Shown: piece by piece, positions 9,224 to 17,924 of the stretch
How the letters are laid out: every line of letters begins with the position of its first letter
How positions within the stretch are numbered: position 1 is the stretch's first letter
Virus record (IMG/VR): IMGVR_UViG_3300017917_003143
Span: 279,633 to 343,632 of that record
Direction: 5' to 3' (one strand)
DNA: 64,000 nucleotides
Made by a program: the position numbers and the translations under genes
Notes under the pieces: model-generated
Told to the model about the DNA's origin: nothing
Seen by the model: the letters and a program-made list of their open reading frames with translations, nothing else
Databases searched by the model: none

Positions 9224-10288
9224 ATGCAAGACTTGCATTGGCGATATAATTTCAATACAACAAAATTTGACTTTATTGAAAACAATCCACACCAGCATTA
9301 TGAACCACTGCTGAAGCACGTCTACGTGCCCACCTTGGTCATTGATATCAATTTGGTATCTGCCCAGTCATTGGACAAGTACATCAAAAAAGTTTTAGAT
9401 CTTGCTATAGAGCATCGTATTTCTTACCAGCAGATAATATTTGATGGCACACAAGATCCGGTCAATGATTACGCTACCAAAGTCAAAGTTCTTGATCTGT
9501 TTGCCCAGACAGCAGGAATAAAATGCTATTTCGCATTGAGCCAGTTTGATCTACAGACACACCCTTGTCTGGTAGAAATAAACTATCCAAGCTGGTTGTT
9601 TGTGTTCAAAAAACAATCACTGCCTGATTGGAACACAGCCCAGCGCACACACAAATTCAGCTGTCTCAATCGCAATCCTACATTCCATAGATTGATTTTT
9701 TACACCATGATCAAGCAACAAGGTCTGCTGGATGATTTTGTGTATAGTTTCTACAATCGCTGTCCCTATCAAGGACACTTGATAAATCCTATGAAGTATC
9801 GTGGGATTGAAAATTTGGTTGACAGCGACCTTGCACGACAATGCATAGAAAGTTTACAAGACTTTCCGATCAGCTGGGACAACGAAGTGTTAGGTGTCAA
9901 CGATCATTCCATCATGCACCCAGCCTACTCAGATACCTGGTGTAACATAGTGACCGAGACTTCGGCAATCACCAGCTTTACCAGCGAAAAAATTTGGAAA
10001 CCCATGGCCGCTGGACAACTGTTTTTTGTAGTAGGCGCACCCGGAACCTGTGCCTGGTTGAAAAAATTAGGATTCCATACCTTTGATGATGACTACGATT
10101 TCAAAATCAATCTCTCCAGCAGATTAAACATGGTAGTAGAGCGCATCAAAGAACACAGAGATGATGTTCCTGGATGGTGGAATCAGAACAAGTTCCATAT
10201 TGAACACAATTTCCATTGGTTGCGCAGTGGTAATGTAGAGAAAACCCTGCTTGACCCCATAGTAAATCAACTTAACCATAAATACTAG
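9224..10288 (+). CDS. Putative glycosyltransferase-like protein (GT10/GT-B-like C-terminal motif)
   Basis: Likely start ATG 9224 (TAAGTA 5 nt upstream). FSCLNR, NIVTET...FTSEKIWKP...LKKLGFHTF motif; paralog at 56157. Confidence 0.5.
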   Translation: MQDLHWRYNFNTTKFDFIENNPHQHYEPLLKHVYVPTLVIDINLVSAQSLDKYIKKVLDLAIEHRISYQQIIFDGTQDPVNDYATKVKVLDLFAQTAGIKCYFALSQFDLQTHPCLVEINYPSWLFVFKKQSLPDWNTAQRTHKFSCLNRNPTFHRLIFYTMIKQQGLLDDFVYSFYNRCPYQGHLINPMKYRGIENLVDSDLARQCIESLQDFPISWDNEVLGVNDHSIMHPAYSDTWCNIVTETSAITSFTSEKIWKPMAAGQLFFVVGAPGTCAWLKKLGFHTFDDDYDFKINLSSRLNMVVERIKEHRDDVPGWWNQNKFHIEHNFHWLRSGNVEKTLLDPIVNQLNHKY

Positions 10289-10368
10289 TCAACGTAATAA
10301 TGCGTTTTATGCGGATACCACCGCGTAGTGGCTAGAACCCACATCGGACTTCTATAAGGAGAAAACAA

Positions 10369-11217
10369 ATGGGACGTTCTCTCAAAATCCAAAAATACGG
10401 TGCCGCTCAAGGTATCACATATCCAAACAACACTTCTGCTAACACACCAGCAGCCGCTGTGCCAGTTGATCAAGGTTATCCTCAGTTCAGTCAGTTGACT
10501 GATCCTGTGTATTATTCTTCGCTGACAGCATCTAACTTCTATGGTGTCGTTGGTGGTAATAGAACAACTGCAACAACTACAACATTCCCTGTTGTTAAAT
10601 GCGCGGTCAACATTGCTCTTCCAGATGGTTCAGGCCAAGGGGTTGAAGACGGCGTTATTTTACGCCAAAAAGGTGCTCACAAATATCTTGTCATGAGCAG
10701 TGGTCAAGACGTACAAGACGAAGACATGGTTGTTGGAGCTTCTTACTACATCAAAACTTTGGATACAACTAACTGGCAACAAATGGGTGCTCCAGTGGGC
10801 GCACAAGTTGGCACAATCTTTACCTGCACAGCACTGTGCGCCAATCCACAAAACGGTGTTGGTTATTTGGTAGGCCAATGTGTTCTAACCAGTGACTTGA
10901 CTCCAGGACCTGGCTTGATGGCTATCAGCTATGCAGTTGGTGGTGACTCAACCGAAGTCGCTGTTTCCAAGTTGACCAACAAGTTCTTACAAAACTGGGA
11001 TAACTTCCAGAATGCTGCCGGTACTTCATTAGACAGCTATGCTGGCACAGGTAACAACGTAGGTGAAGTCAATTACTCAGGTGAGACCACTTATCTGGCC
11101 AACTTCTTCACTGACGATGCAGGCGCACAAGCAACCAAGTCTGGTGCTGATGCCGCAACATTCAGCAACGGTACAGGCGATATTGAATTGGCACAAGTCG
11201 AGAAGTTTACTTCTTAA
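10369..11217 (+). CDS. Probable abundant virion structural protein
   Basis: 282 aa, T/G/N-rich; strong AAGGAG SD, own late motif at 10279, terminator downstream. Confidence 0.65.
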   Translation: MGRSLKIQKYGAAQGITYPNNTSANTPAAAVPVDQGYPQFSQLTDPVYYSSLTASNFYGVVGGNRTTATTTTFPVVKCAVNIALPDGSGQGVEDGVILRQKGAHKYLVMSSGQDVQDEDMVVGASYYIKTLDTTNWQQMGAPVGAQVGTIFTCTALCANPQNGVGYLVGQCVLTSDLTPGPGLMAISYAVGGDSTEVAVSKLTNKFLQNWDNFQNAAGTSLDSYAGTGNNVGEVNYSGETTYLANFFTDDAGAQATKSGADAATFSNGTGDIELAQVEKFTS

Positions 11218-11231
11218 TTTGAGTTAGTTCC

Positions 11232-11266
11232 AAAATCCTCACAGCTATATACTGTGAGGATTTTTT
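11232..11266 (+). terminator. Terminator hairpin
   Basis: AAAATCCTCACAG-CTATATA-CTGTGAGGATTTT, 13-bp stem plus T tract. Confidence 0.85.
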
Positions 11267-11854
11267 ATGACTACAGCATTTGTATTAGGCAACGGCCGCA
11301 GCCGACAAACAGTTGATCTTGAACAGCTCAAACAGCGTGGGCCAGTCTATGCTTGCAACGCTATCTACAGAGAGTTCACGCCCACTGTGCTTGTGGCCAC
11401 CGATCGGCCCATAGCAGAAGCCATACAAAATTCAGGCTACAGTTTGCAAAACAGATTCCACACACGTCAGCCACTGCCCAATCTAGGTGCCCTGCCGTTG
11501 GATTCAAGATATCGAGGATTTAGTTCTGGGCCCAATGCTGTGGCCCTGGCCTGCAAAGATGGATTCCAGCGTATTTTTATGTTGGGATTTGATCTTGGAA
11601 CTACAAACGGACAGTTCAACAATCTTTACGCTGACACAGAATTTTACAAAAAAAGTTCAGCGCCGCCTACATTCAGCGGAAACTGGGTGAAACAGATAGT
11701 GCAACTGGCCAACGAGTACTCGACCAGAGAATTTATACGGGTAATGGGCCCTGAATCAGCCATGATACCCAGTTTTAACAACATTAAAAATCTACGTGAG
11801 ATGGCAATTCTGGAATTCAAAGACCTGCTAAATACATCAAAAGGCTTGCTATGA
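11267..11854 (+). CDS. CstII/Maf(DUF115)-like Rossmann-fold transferase
   Basis: AFVLGNGRSR...VYACNAIY...VLVATD...SSGPNAVALA...GFQRIFMLGFD, echoing the GNGPS / CN / SG..A..LG...I.L.G.D pattern of GT42/Maf proteins. Confidence 0.55.
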   Translation: MTTAFVLGNGRSRQTVDLEQLKQRGPVYACNAIYREFTPTVLVATDRPIAEAIQNSGYSLQNRFHTRQPLPNLGALPLDSRYRGFSSGPNAVALACKDGFQRIFMLGFDLGTTNGQFNNLYADTEFYKKSSAPPTFSGNWVKQIVQLANEYSTREFIRVMGPESAMIPSFNNIKNLREMAILEFKDLLNTSKGLL

Positions 11855-12477
11855 CCACTTACAAACGCATCGACGGTGATTTTTACATCCAAACTGTCTA
11901 CCCTCCTGAGCAGAAGGTTTATATCGACACGGACACGACTGTGTCTGGTAACTTGGTCGTCCAGGGTAATTTGACCTACATCAATGTTTCTGAGCTCAAC
12001 GTTACAGATCCGTTTATTTTGGTCAACGCTTCCAATACAGGAACATATCAATCAAACTCCGGTCTGCTCACACACAAAACCAGTTCTGACTATGCTGGTA
12101 TCAGATACAACGACAATTCAGGCGCTTGGGAAATCAGCACCAGCACTGGATCTAGCGGAACAACAGGTATATGGCAGCCTTTGATTGCAGGTGGTATCAC
12201 AGCCGCAGGCGCCAACACAGAAATACAGTACAATGATGGTGGCATTCTTGGTGCCAATGCCGCATTTACTTTTGATTATGCAAACGGCCAGATGTCGTTA
12301 GACGGTACCCTGGCCTTGGTATACAACGGTGCGACTCCATCGGCTATTGCTAACACAGCCACAGTGACATCAGATGTTCCAGGCAGTGGCGGGACAGGCA
12401 TATATTTCAACAACAACAGCAATCAAGATGAGTTGATCAGCAAGTCAAAAGCCATCGTGTTTAGCATAATATTCTAA
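11851..12477 (+). CDS. Small fibre-associated protein
   Basis: Carries the GNL..QGNLTYIN...V.DP module shared with the large fibres. Confidence 0.7.
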   Translation: MTTYKRIDGDFYIQTVYPPEQKVYIDTDTTVSGNLVVQGNLTYINVSELNVTDPFILVNASNTGTYQSNSGLLTHKTSSDYAGIRYNDNSGAWEISTSTGSSGTTGIWQPLIAGGITAAGANTEIQYNDGGILGANAAFTFDYANGQMSLDGTLALVYNGATPSAIANTATVTSDVPGSGGTGIYFNNNSNQDELISKSKAIVFSIIF

Positions 12478-12487
12478 GGAAAATAAA

Positions 12488-12802
12488 ATGACGATTCAAG
12501 TAGGAAACGTAACCACATCAGCCGCATCAGTCTACACCAGCGTTGGTAACACAGCTATCACTTTTTTGAGTTTGTGTAACTATACTGCAGGCAACGTGGC
12601 AGCCAATGTTTATGTAGTGCCCAATGGTGATACTGCAGGCAATGACAATGTGATCATCAACAATATTACCATAACTGTAGGCGATACATATCAGCTCTAT
12701 GCTGGTGCAGAAAAACTTTTGTTGGAAAACGGTGACTCAGTTCAAGTTGACGCCAATGCTAACAATGCAATCACTACAGTCACAAGTTACACTTCAATCT
12801 AA
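12488..12802 (+). CDS. Hypothetical virion protein (beta-rich, 104 aa)
   Basis: SD AAGGA; T/N/V-rich; translationally coupled to next gene. Confidence 0.7.
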   Translation: MTIQVGNVTTSAASVYTSVGNTAITFLSLCNYTAGNVAANVYVVPNGDTAGNDNVIINNITITVGDTYQLYAGAEKLLLENGDSVQVDANANNAITTVTSYTSI

Positions 12803-13224
12803 TGGGATACTTTGTCAAAAATCGCAGGCTACAGAGTGGCAGCTCAAGCATCGTAGTTCCGTCAGGTGATTCTGCTGATCGACCCGAAGCTCCGGTTTTT
12901 GGCAGTTTTCGTTACAACACAGACATAGGTACTTTGGAATTTTTCAACGGAACTGTGTTCAAGCAAGTTGGCCTGGGTGGCGAGCTCAATGTTGATGTTT
13001 ATTCAGCCACTGGCGACGGTTCCACTGTTACTTTTACTATTGGCAATACCACAGCGATCAGTGCAGATGATCAAGTCATCGTGTTTGTAGGTTCTATCTA
13101 TCAAGCACCTACTGCCAATTACACCATCACAGGTGCTGGGTACGATATCACATTTGGGTCTGCTCCTCCTGACGGTGAACCCATCAATATCATACGAAAT
13201 CTGGTAGCTCCCTCCACGCCCTAA
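12802..13224 (+). CDS. Stand-alone fibre module protein
   Basis: VP.G..A.RP...G..R.N...LE..G and GDG.T..FT...Q.P...Y...ITF..AP match internal modules of the 13252 and 17925 fibres. Confidence 0.7.
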   Translation: MGYFVKNRRLQSGSSSIVVPSGDSADRPEAPVFGSFRYNTDIGTLEFFNGTVFKQVGLGGELNVDVYSATGDGSTVTFTIGNTTAISADDQVIVFVGSIYQAPTANYTITGAGYDITFGSAPPDGEPINIIRNLVAPSTP

Positions 13225-13251
13225 ACCCATAAATACTAAAAAGGGTGATCA

Positions 13252-16200
13252 ATGGCGATTCAACGAGTTTCCGGCAACATTCTGCAGGACAACCTGCAAC
13301 GTGGTGCCAATCTAAGTATCCAGGGTAATTTAGCCTATTTTGACGTGGTTGATAACCGTGTGGGTATCAACACGAGCACACCCCTGCAAGATCTTTCGAT
13401 TGCTGGCAATCTTGGTGTTGGCAACTACATTGTTGTTGACGCTGAAGTTATTTCCAGTGCTGGCAATATTGTGTTGTTGCCCACAGGCAACGTCAGCGTA
13501 TCTAATGTTTACATACAAGATGTACTGGATCCTATCCAAGCACAAGATGCCGCTACAAAAAATTATGTTGACACATCATTAAGTTCATTCCTGACCTTTG
13601 AAGATGATGGTGCCAACACTACATCTATATCAGCTGGTGACACAGTATTCTTCAATGGCACAGCCAACGAAGTTTCAGTAGTGGTCAGCAGTCTGGCAGT
13701 GACTTTTGGTCTGCCTGATGATGTGATCGTTGGAAACTCATTGTCTGTCACTGGAAACTTTGATGCGGCCAATATCTACACCGGTGGTAACATTATCGCC
13801 ATAGGTAATATTGAAGGTGGTAATATTATTTCTGAAGGCGCCGTGATTGGCAACATACAGATCACAGGCAACATCACCGTCAACAATATTACCGTTTTAG
13901 GCAATACCACATCAAACAACGCCAGCATTGGAAACATACTCACAGTTGGTGGCAACATCACAGGTGGTAACTTGATATCCAACGCAGGTATCTATGGCAC
14001 CACAGCCAATGTCACAGGCAACGTATCAGTTGGTAACTTAACTATAACCAGCACCGCTGCCAACCGAGTGCTGTACACTGATGCTAATAAAAATATTACA
14101 ACCACTGCCAACTTCACCTTTGATGGTTCTCAGTTGGTACTCACAGGTACAGCCAATGTCAGTTCCAATGTGTTTGTTGGCAATCTCTATAGTGCGGCCT
14201 TGATCAATGCTGTAGGCAACATCACTGGATCCAATGTTATAGCCAACGGCAATGTCAATGGAAATTATGTCAACGTTACTAAGGATATCTATGCAGGCGG
14301 TAACGCTATCATTGATGGCAACTTGACAATCAATGGCGATCTGATTTATGAAAACGTCACTACACTAGCAGTTGAAGATCCAATCATCTCTTTGGGTCGT
14401 GGTGCTAACAACACTCCGTTGGTCAGCAATGATGGCAAGGACCGTGGTGAACAACTTTGGTATTATTCTGGCGCAGAAAAATCTGCGTTCATAGGGTATG
14501 ACAACTCGGCTGGCAACCTCATAGCCGCGGTAGATGTAACCATCGCCAACGAGATCGTTACAGTCAATCAGTATGGAACTTGGCAAGTTGGTAATATCTA
14601 TGCCCAAACTGCACTGATCACAGGCAATGTAAGTTTTGGAAATATTTCAACTCCAGGCCAGATATCAGCCACGGGCAACATCACCGGCGGTAATTTGATA
14701 TCCAACGCCATGGTATCAGCCGCTACCACAGTCAACGCCACGGGCAACGTCACGGGTGGTAACCTTGTTTCAAATGCGGCTATTTCTGCCGCGACTACTA
14801 TTTCTGCCACTGGTAATATCACTGGTGGCAACTTAATAAGCAACGCTAATATATCAGCATCGTCTGCTATCTTTGCCACAGGTAACATCACAGGTGGTAA
14901 TCTTGTAAGCAACGCTAATATTTCTGCCGCCAATGCTGTATTTGCTACAGGTAACATCACTGGTGGCAATTTGATATCCAACGCAGGTATCTTTGGAACC
15001 ACTGCTACCATAACTGGTAACATCATAGCTGGCAATGTTTCTACTCTGGGAGTAATCAACGTCACCGGCAATATCACCGGCGGTAACCTGATATCCAATG
15101 CCAACATATCGGCAACCAATGCTGTATTTGCTACCGGTAACGTCACTGCTGGTAATCTTGTAAGTAATGCTTCCATCTCGGCTGCTACAACAATCACAGC
15201 CGTGGGTAATATCACCGGCGGTAATCTTGTAAGCAACGCCAATATATCAGCCACTACCGCTGTATTTGCCACAGGTAACATCACTGGTGGTAATCTTGTT
15301 TCAAATGCCAATATATCAGCGGCATCGTTTATCTTTGCTACCGCTAATATAGTTGGTGGCAACCTAATATCCAATGCAAGAATAGTCGGAAATACTCTTG
15401 ACATTTATGGTGATGCACTGGTAGCTGGTAACTTGACTGTACAAGGAAACTTGACATACATCAACATTGATGATTTGAGAGTTGAGGATCCAATCATCCA
15501 GTTGGGTGGTGGTGCCAATGGTAATGCTTTGGTCACCAACGATGGTAAAGATCGTGGTACCCTACTGACCTATTACACCACAGGTCCTGGTAATGCGTTT
15601 GTTGGATGGGACAACAGTTCTGGTAACATGATTATTGCCAGCAACGTGAGCATAGCCAATGAAATTGTCACAGTCAATGCATATGGAACTTTCCAAGCTG
15701 GTAACATTTATGCTGAGAGTGCTGTCATAACAGGTAACACCAGCTTTGGTAATATTTCAACTCCAGGCCAGATATCAGCCACTGGTAACATCACTGGTGG
15801 TAACTTAATATCTAATGCCAACATATCAGCGGCATCTTTTGTATTTGCTACGGCCAACATTGTTGGTGGAAATCTCGTTTCCAATGCTAATATTTCTGCT
15901 ACCAATGCTGTGTTTGCCACAGGTAACATCACTGGTGGCAATTTGGTTTCAAATGCTTCCATTAGTGCGGCCACAACTATATCAGCCACAGGTAACATCA
16001 CTGGTGGTAATCTTGTATCCAATGCCGCAATATCTGCGGCCACTACAATCAATGCTACAGGTAACATCACAGGTGGTAATCTTGTAAGCAATGCCTCAAT
16101 CAGTGCGGCTACAACTATATCAGCTACTGGTAACATCACCGGTGGCAACATTGTGTCCAATGCTTTGGTAAGTGGAGCCAATGTACAGATTTCTACTCTG

Positions 16201-17856
16201 ACTCCTAATCGAGTGGTGTATGTTGGCACCGATGACTACTTGGTTGACTCAGCTAACTTTACCTTTAACGGTTCTAACGCCAACTTGCAAGGACAGTTGA
16301 TCGTTGATAACTTTACCATAGATGGTACAGCAATAACATCCAATGCTAACATATCAATAGCATCCAGTGTCAACGGCAACATAGCAATCACACCTAACGG
16401 TAGTGGCAATGTTGTGATAGACAACATTTCTATCTCTGACAACACTATCTATTCTACTGCTGGTAATATTGTTCTTGATCCTACTGCTAACATTGTGTTG
16501 CCAGATGAGTTGGCTAACTCTGTGCTGTATCTAACAGCTGGCAAAGAAATACAAACTGCCGCCAACTTTACATTTGATGGTGCTAATCTTGTGTTGTTGG
16601 GCCGGGCCAACATTGATAATGTCACTATAGATGGTACGACCATCAGTAGCAATGCCAATCTATCAATCACAGCCAGCTCGGGCAATTTGTTATTGACTCC
16701 TGGCACCACGGGTGTCACACAGATAAGCTCTACCACAGCACTCACAGTTCCTGTGGGTAACACAGCGCAGAGACCTGCGACACCCGATCAAGGTGCTGTA
16801 CGTTTCAACAGTTCCACTTTGGTATTAGAAGTTTGGGATGGTACGCAGTGGGATGTAGTTGGACAAGATCTGGCCATCATCACCAGCCAAACAATCAACG
16901 GCGACGGAACCACTGTAGCATTTACACTCAACGAAGATACTACATCGGGAGGTATCTTGGTCAGCATCAACGGTGTGAGCCAGATTCCAGATGTTTCGTA
17001 CGGAGTAGTTGGAAACATCATTACCTTCACAGAAGCACCGCAAGTTTCAGACGCTGTTGAAGTACGATTCCTGACACAGATACAAACAGTGACAGAAATT
17101 ACCAACACCGTAGGTAACTCTATCGTTGCTGTGGCAGCCAATGTTTCTCAAGTCAACATCACTGGAAACTTGTTGCCCACGGCCAACGTGATCTATAGTT
17201 TAGGCAACACTAGTTTAAGATGGAAAGATTTATATCTTGCAGGTAATTCTATCTATCTTGGTAATGTCATAATAACTAATGCCACAGGAAATACCGTAAG
17301 TTTCTTTGCGGCAGATGGAGTGACTCCAGCAACTATTTCCAGTGGCGGCGGGTTGAATATCGGCACAGGAAATCTCAGTGTTGGCAATATCTTCAACAAC
17401 AACGCCAACGGTGTAGGTAACATTGGTAGCTCAACTACCTATTTCAATACAGTATTTGCCAAAGCAACGTCAGCGCAATACGCTGACTTGGCCGAATACT
17501 TTGAGTCAGATCAAGAGTATGACACAGGAACAGTGATGATATTTGGCGGGTCTAAAGAAGTGACTAGATCTGTAGAGTACGCTGATCAGCGACTGGCTGG
17601 AATAGTGTCAACAGATCCTGCGTTTGTAATGAATGCAACACAGCCCAATTCTCTACCCATTGCTATGGCAGGACGTGTACCTTGCTGGGTCATTGGTCCT
17701 GTGAGCAAAGGTGACGTTCTGACTACTAGCGGCGTGCCAGGGCATGCTGTCAAGCTGTTCAATGATCACTGGAAACCCGGCGTTATTGTAGGTAAATCGC
17801 TGGAATCATGTCCTGAAGGCCACCATAAAATCATGGTTGTAGTAGGGGCCTGGTAA
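13252..17856 (+). CDS. Long repetitive fibre protein with C-terminal chaperone-like domain
   Basis: 1534 aa, 23-aa ATGNITGGNL repeats; ends YADLAEYF...GIVSTDPAFVMN...IAMAGRVP...KGD. Confidence 0.85.
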   Translation: MAIQRVSGNILQDNLQRGANLSIQGNLAYFDVVDNRVGINTSTPLQDLSIAGNLGVGNYIVVDAEVISSAGNIVLLPTGNVSVSNVYIQDVLDPIQAQDAATKNYVDTSLSSFLTFEDDGANTTSISAGDTVFFNGTANEVSVVVSSLAVTFGLPDDVIVGNSLSVTGNFDAANIYTGGNIIAIGNIEGGNIISEGAVIGNIQITGNITVNNITVLGNTTSNNASIGNILTVGGNITGGNLISNAGIYGTTANVTGNVSVGNLTITSTAANRVLYTDANKNITTTANFTFDGSQLVLTGTANVSSNVFVGNLYSAALINAVGNITGSNVIANGNVNGNYVNVTKDIYAGGNAIIDGNLTINGDLIYENVTTLAVEDPIISLGRGANNTPLVSNDGKDRGEQLWYYSGAEKSAFIGYDNSAGNLIAAVDVTIANEIVTVNQYGTWQVGNIYAQTALITGNVSFGNISTPGQISATGNITGGNLISNAMVSAATTVNATGNVTGGNLVSNAAISAATTISATGNITGGNLISNANISASSAIFATGNITGGNLVSNANISAANAVFATGNITGGNLISNAGIFGTTATITGNIIAGNVSTLGVINVTGNITGGNLISNANISATNAVFATGNVTAGNLVSNASISAATTITAVGNITGGNLVSNANISATTAVFATGNITGGNLVSNANISAASFIFATANIVGGNLISNARIVGNTLDIYGDALVAGNLTVQGNLTYINIDDLRVEDPIIQLGGGANGNALVTNDGKDRGTLLTYYTTGPGNAFVGWDNSSGNMIIASNVSIANEIVTVNAYGTFQAGNIYAESAVITGNTSFGNISTPGQISATGNITGGNLISNANISAASFVFATANIVGGNLVSNANISATNAVFATGNITGGNLVSNASISAATTISATGNITGGNLVSNAAISAATTINATGNITGGNLVSNASISAATTISATGNITGGNIVSNALVSGANVQISTLTPNRVVYVGTDDYLVDSANFTFNGSNANLQGQLIVDNFTIDGTAITSNANISIASSVNGNIAITPNGSGNVVIDNISISDNTIYSTAGNIVLDPTANIVLPDELANSVLYLTAGKEIQTAANFTFDGANLVLLGRANIDNVTIDGTTISSNANLSITASSGNLLLTPGTTGVTQISSTTALTVPVGNTAQRPATPDQGAVRFNSSTLVLEVWDGTQWDVVGQDLAIITSQTINGDGTTVAFTLNEDTTSGGILVSINGVSQIPDVSYGVVGNIITFTEAPQVSDAVEVRFLTQIQTVTEITNTVGNSIVAVAANVSQVNITGNLLPTANVIYSLGNTSLRWKDLYLAGNSIYLGNVIITNATGNTVSFFAADGVTPATISSGGGLNIGTGNLSVGNIFNNNANGVGNIGSSTTYFNTVFAKATSAQYADLAEYFESDQEYDTGTVMIFGGSKEVTRSVEYADQRLAGIVSTDPAFVMNATQPNSLPIAMAGRVPCWVIGPVSKGDVLTTSGVPGHAVKLFNDHWKPGVIVGKSLESCPEGHHKIMVVVGAW
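14668..15370 (+). repeat. 69-nt (23-aa) coding tandem repeat block 1
   Basis: ATGNITGGNL(I/V)SNA.(I/V)SA..... units; consecutive starts at 14668 and 14737 give the 69-nt period. Confidence 0.9.
15778..16170 (+). repeat. 69-nt coding tandem repeat block 2
   Basis: Same unit; preceded by a 32-nt exact duplicate (14641-14672 = 15751-15782). Confidence 0.9.
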
Positions 17857-17924
17857 AAAACTGCACACGAAACCATTTTTTAAACTGCCGCTAAATATAA
17901 TCATAGAGCGGAGCGACATGATTT

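Noticed and set aside
14668-16170. CRISPR-like regular repeats
   Set aside because: The repeats are in-frame, degenerate at codon third positions and lack unique spacers.
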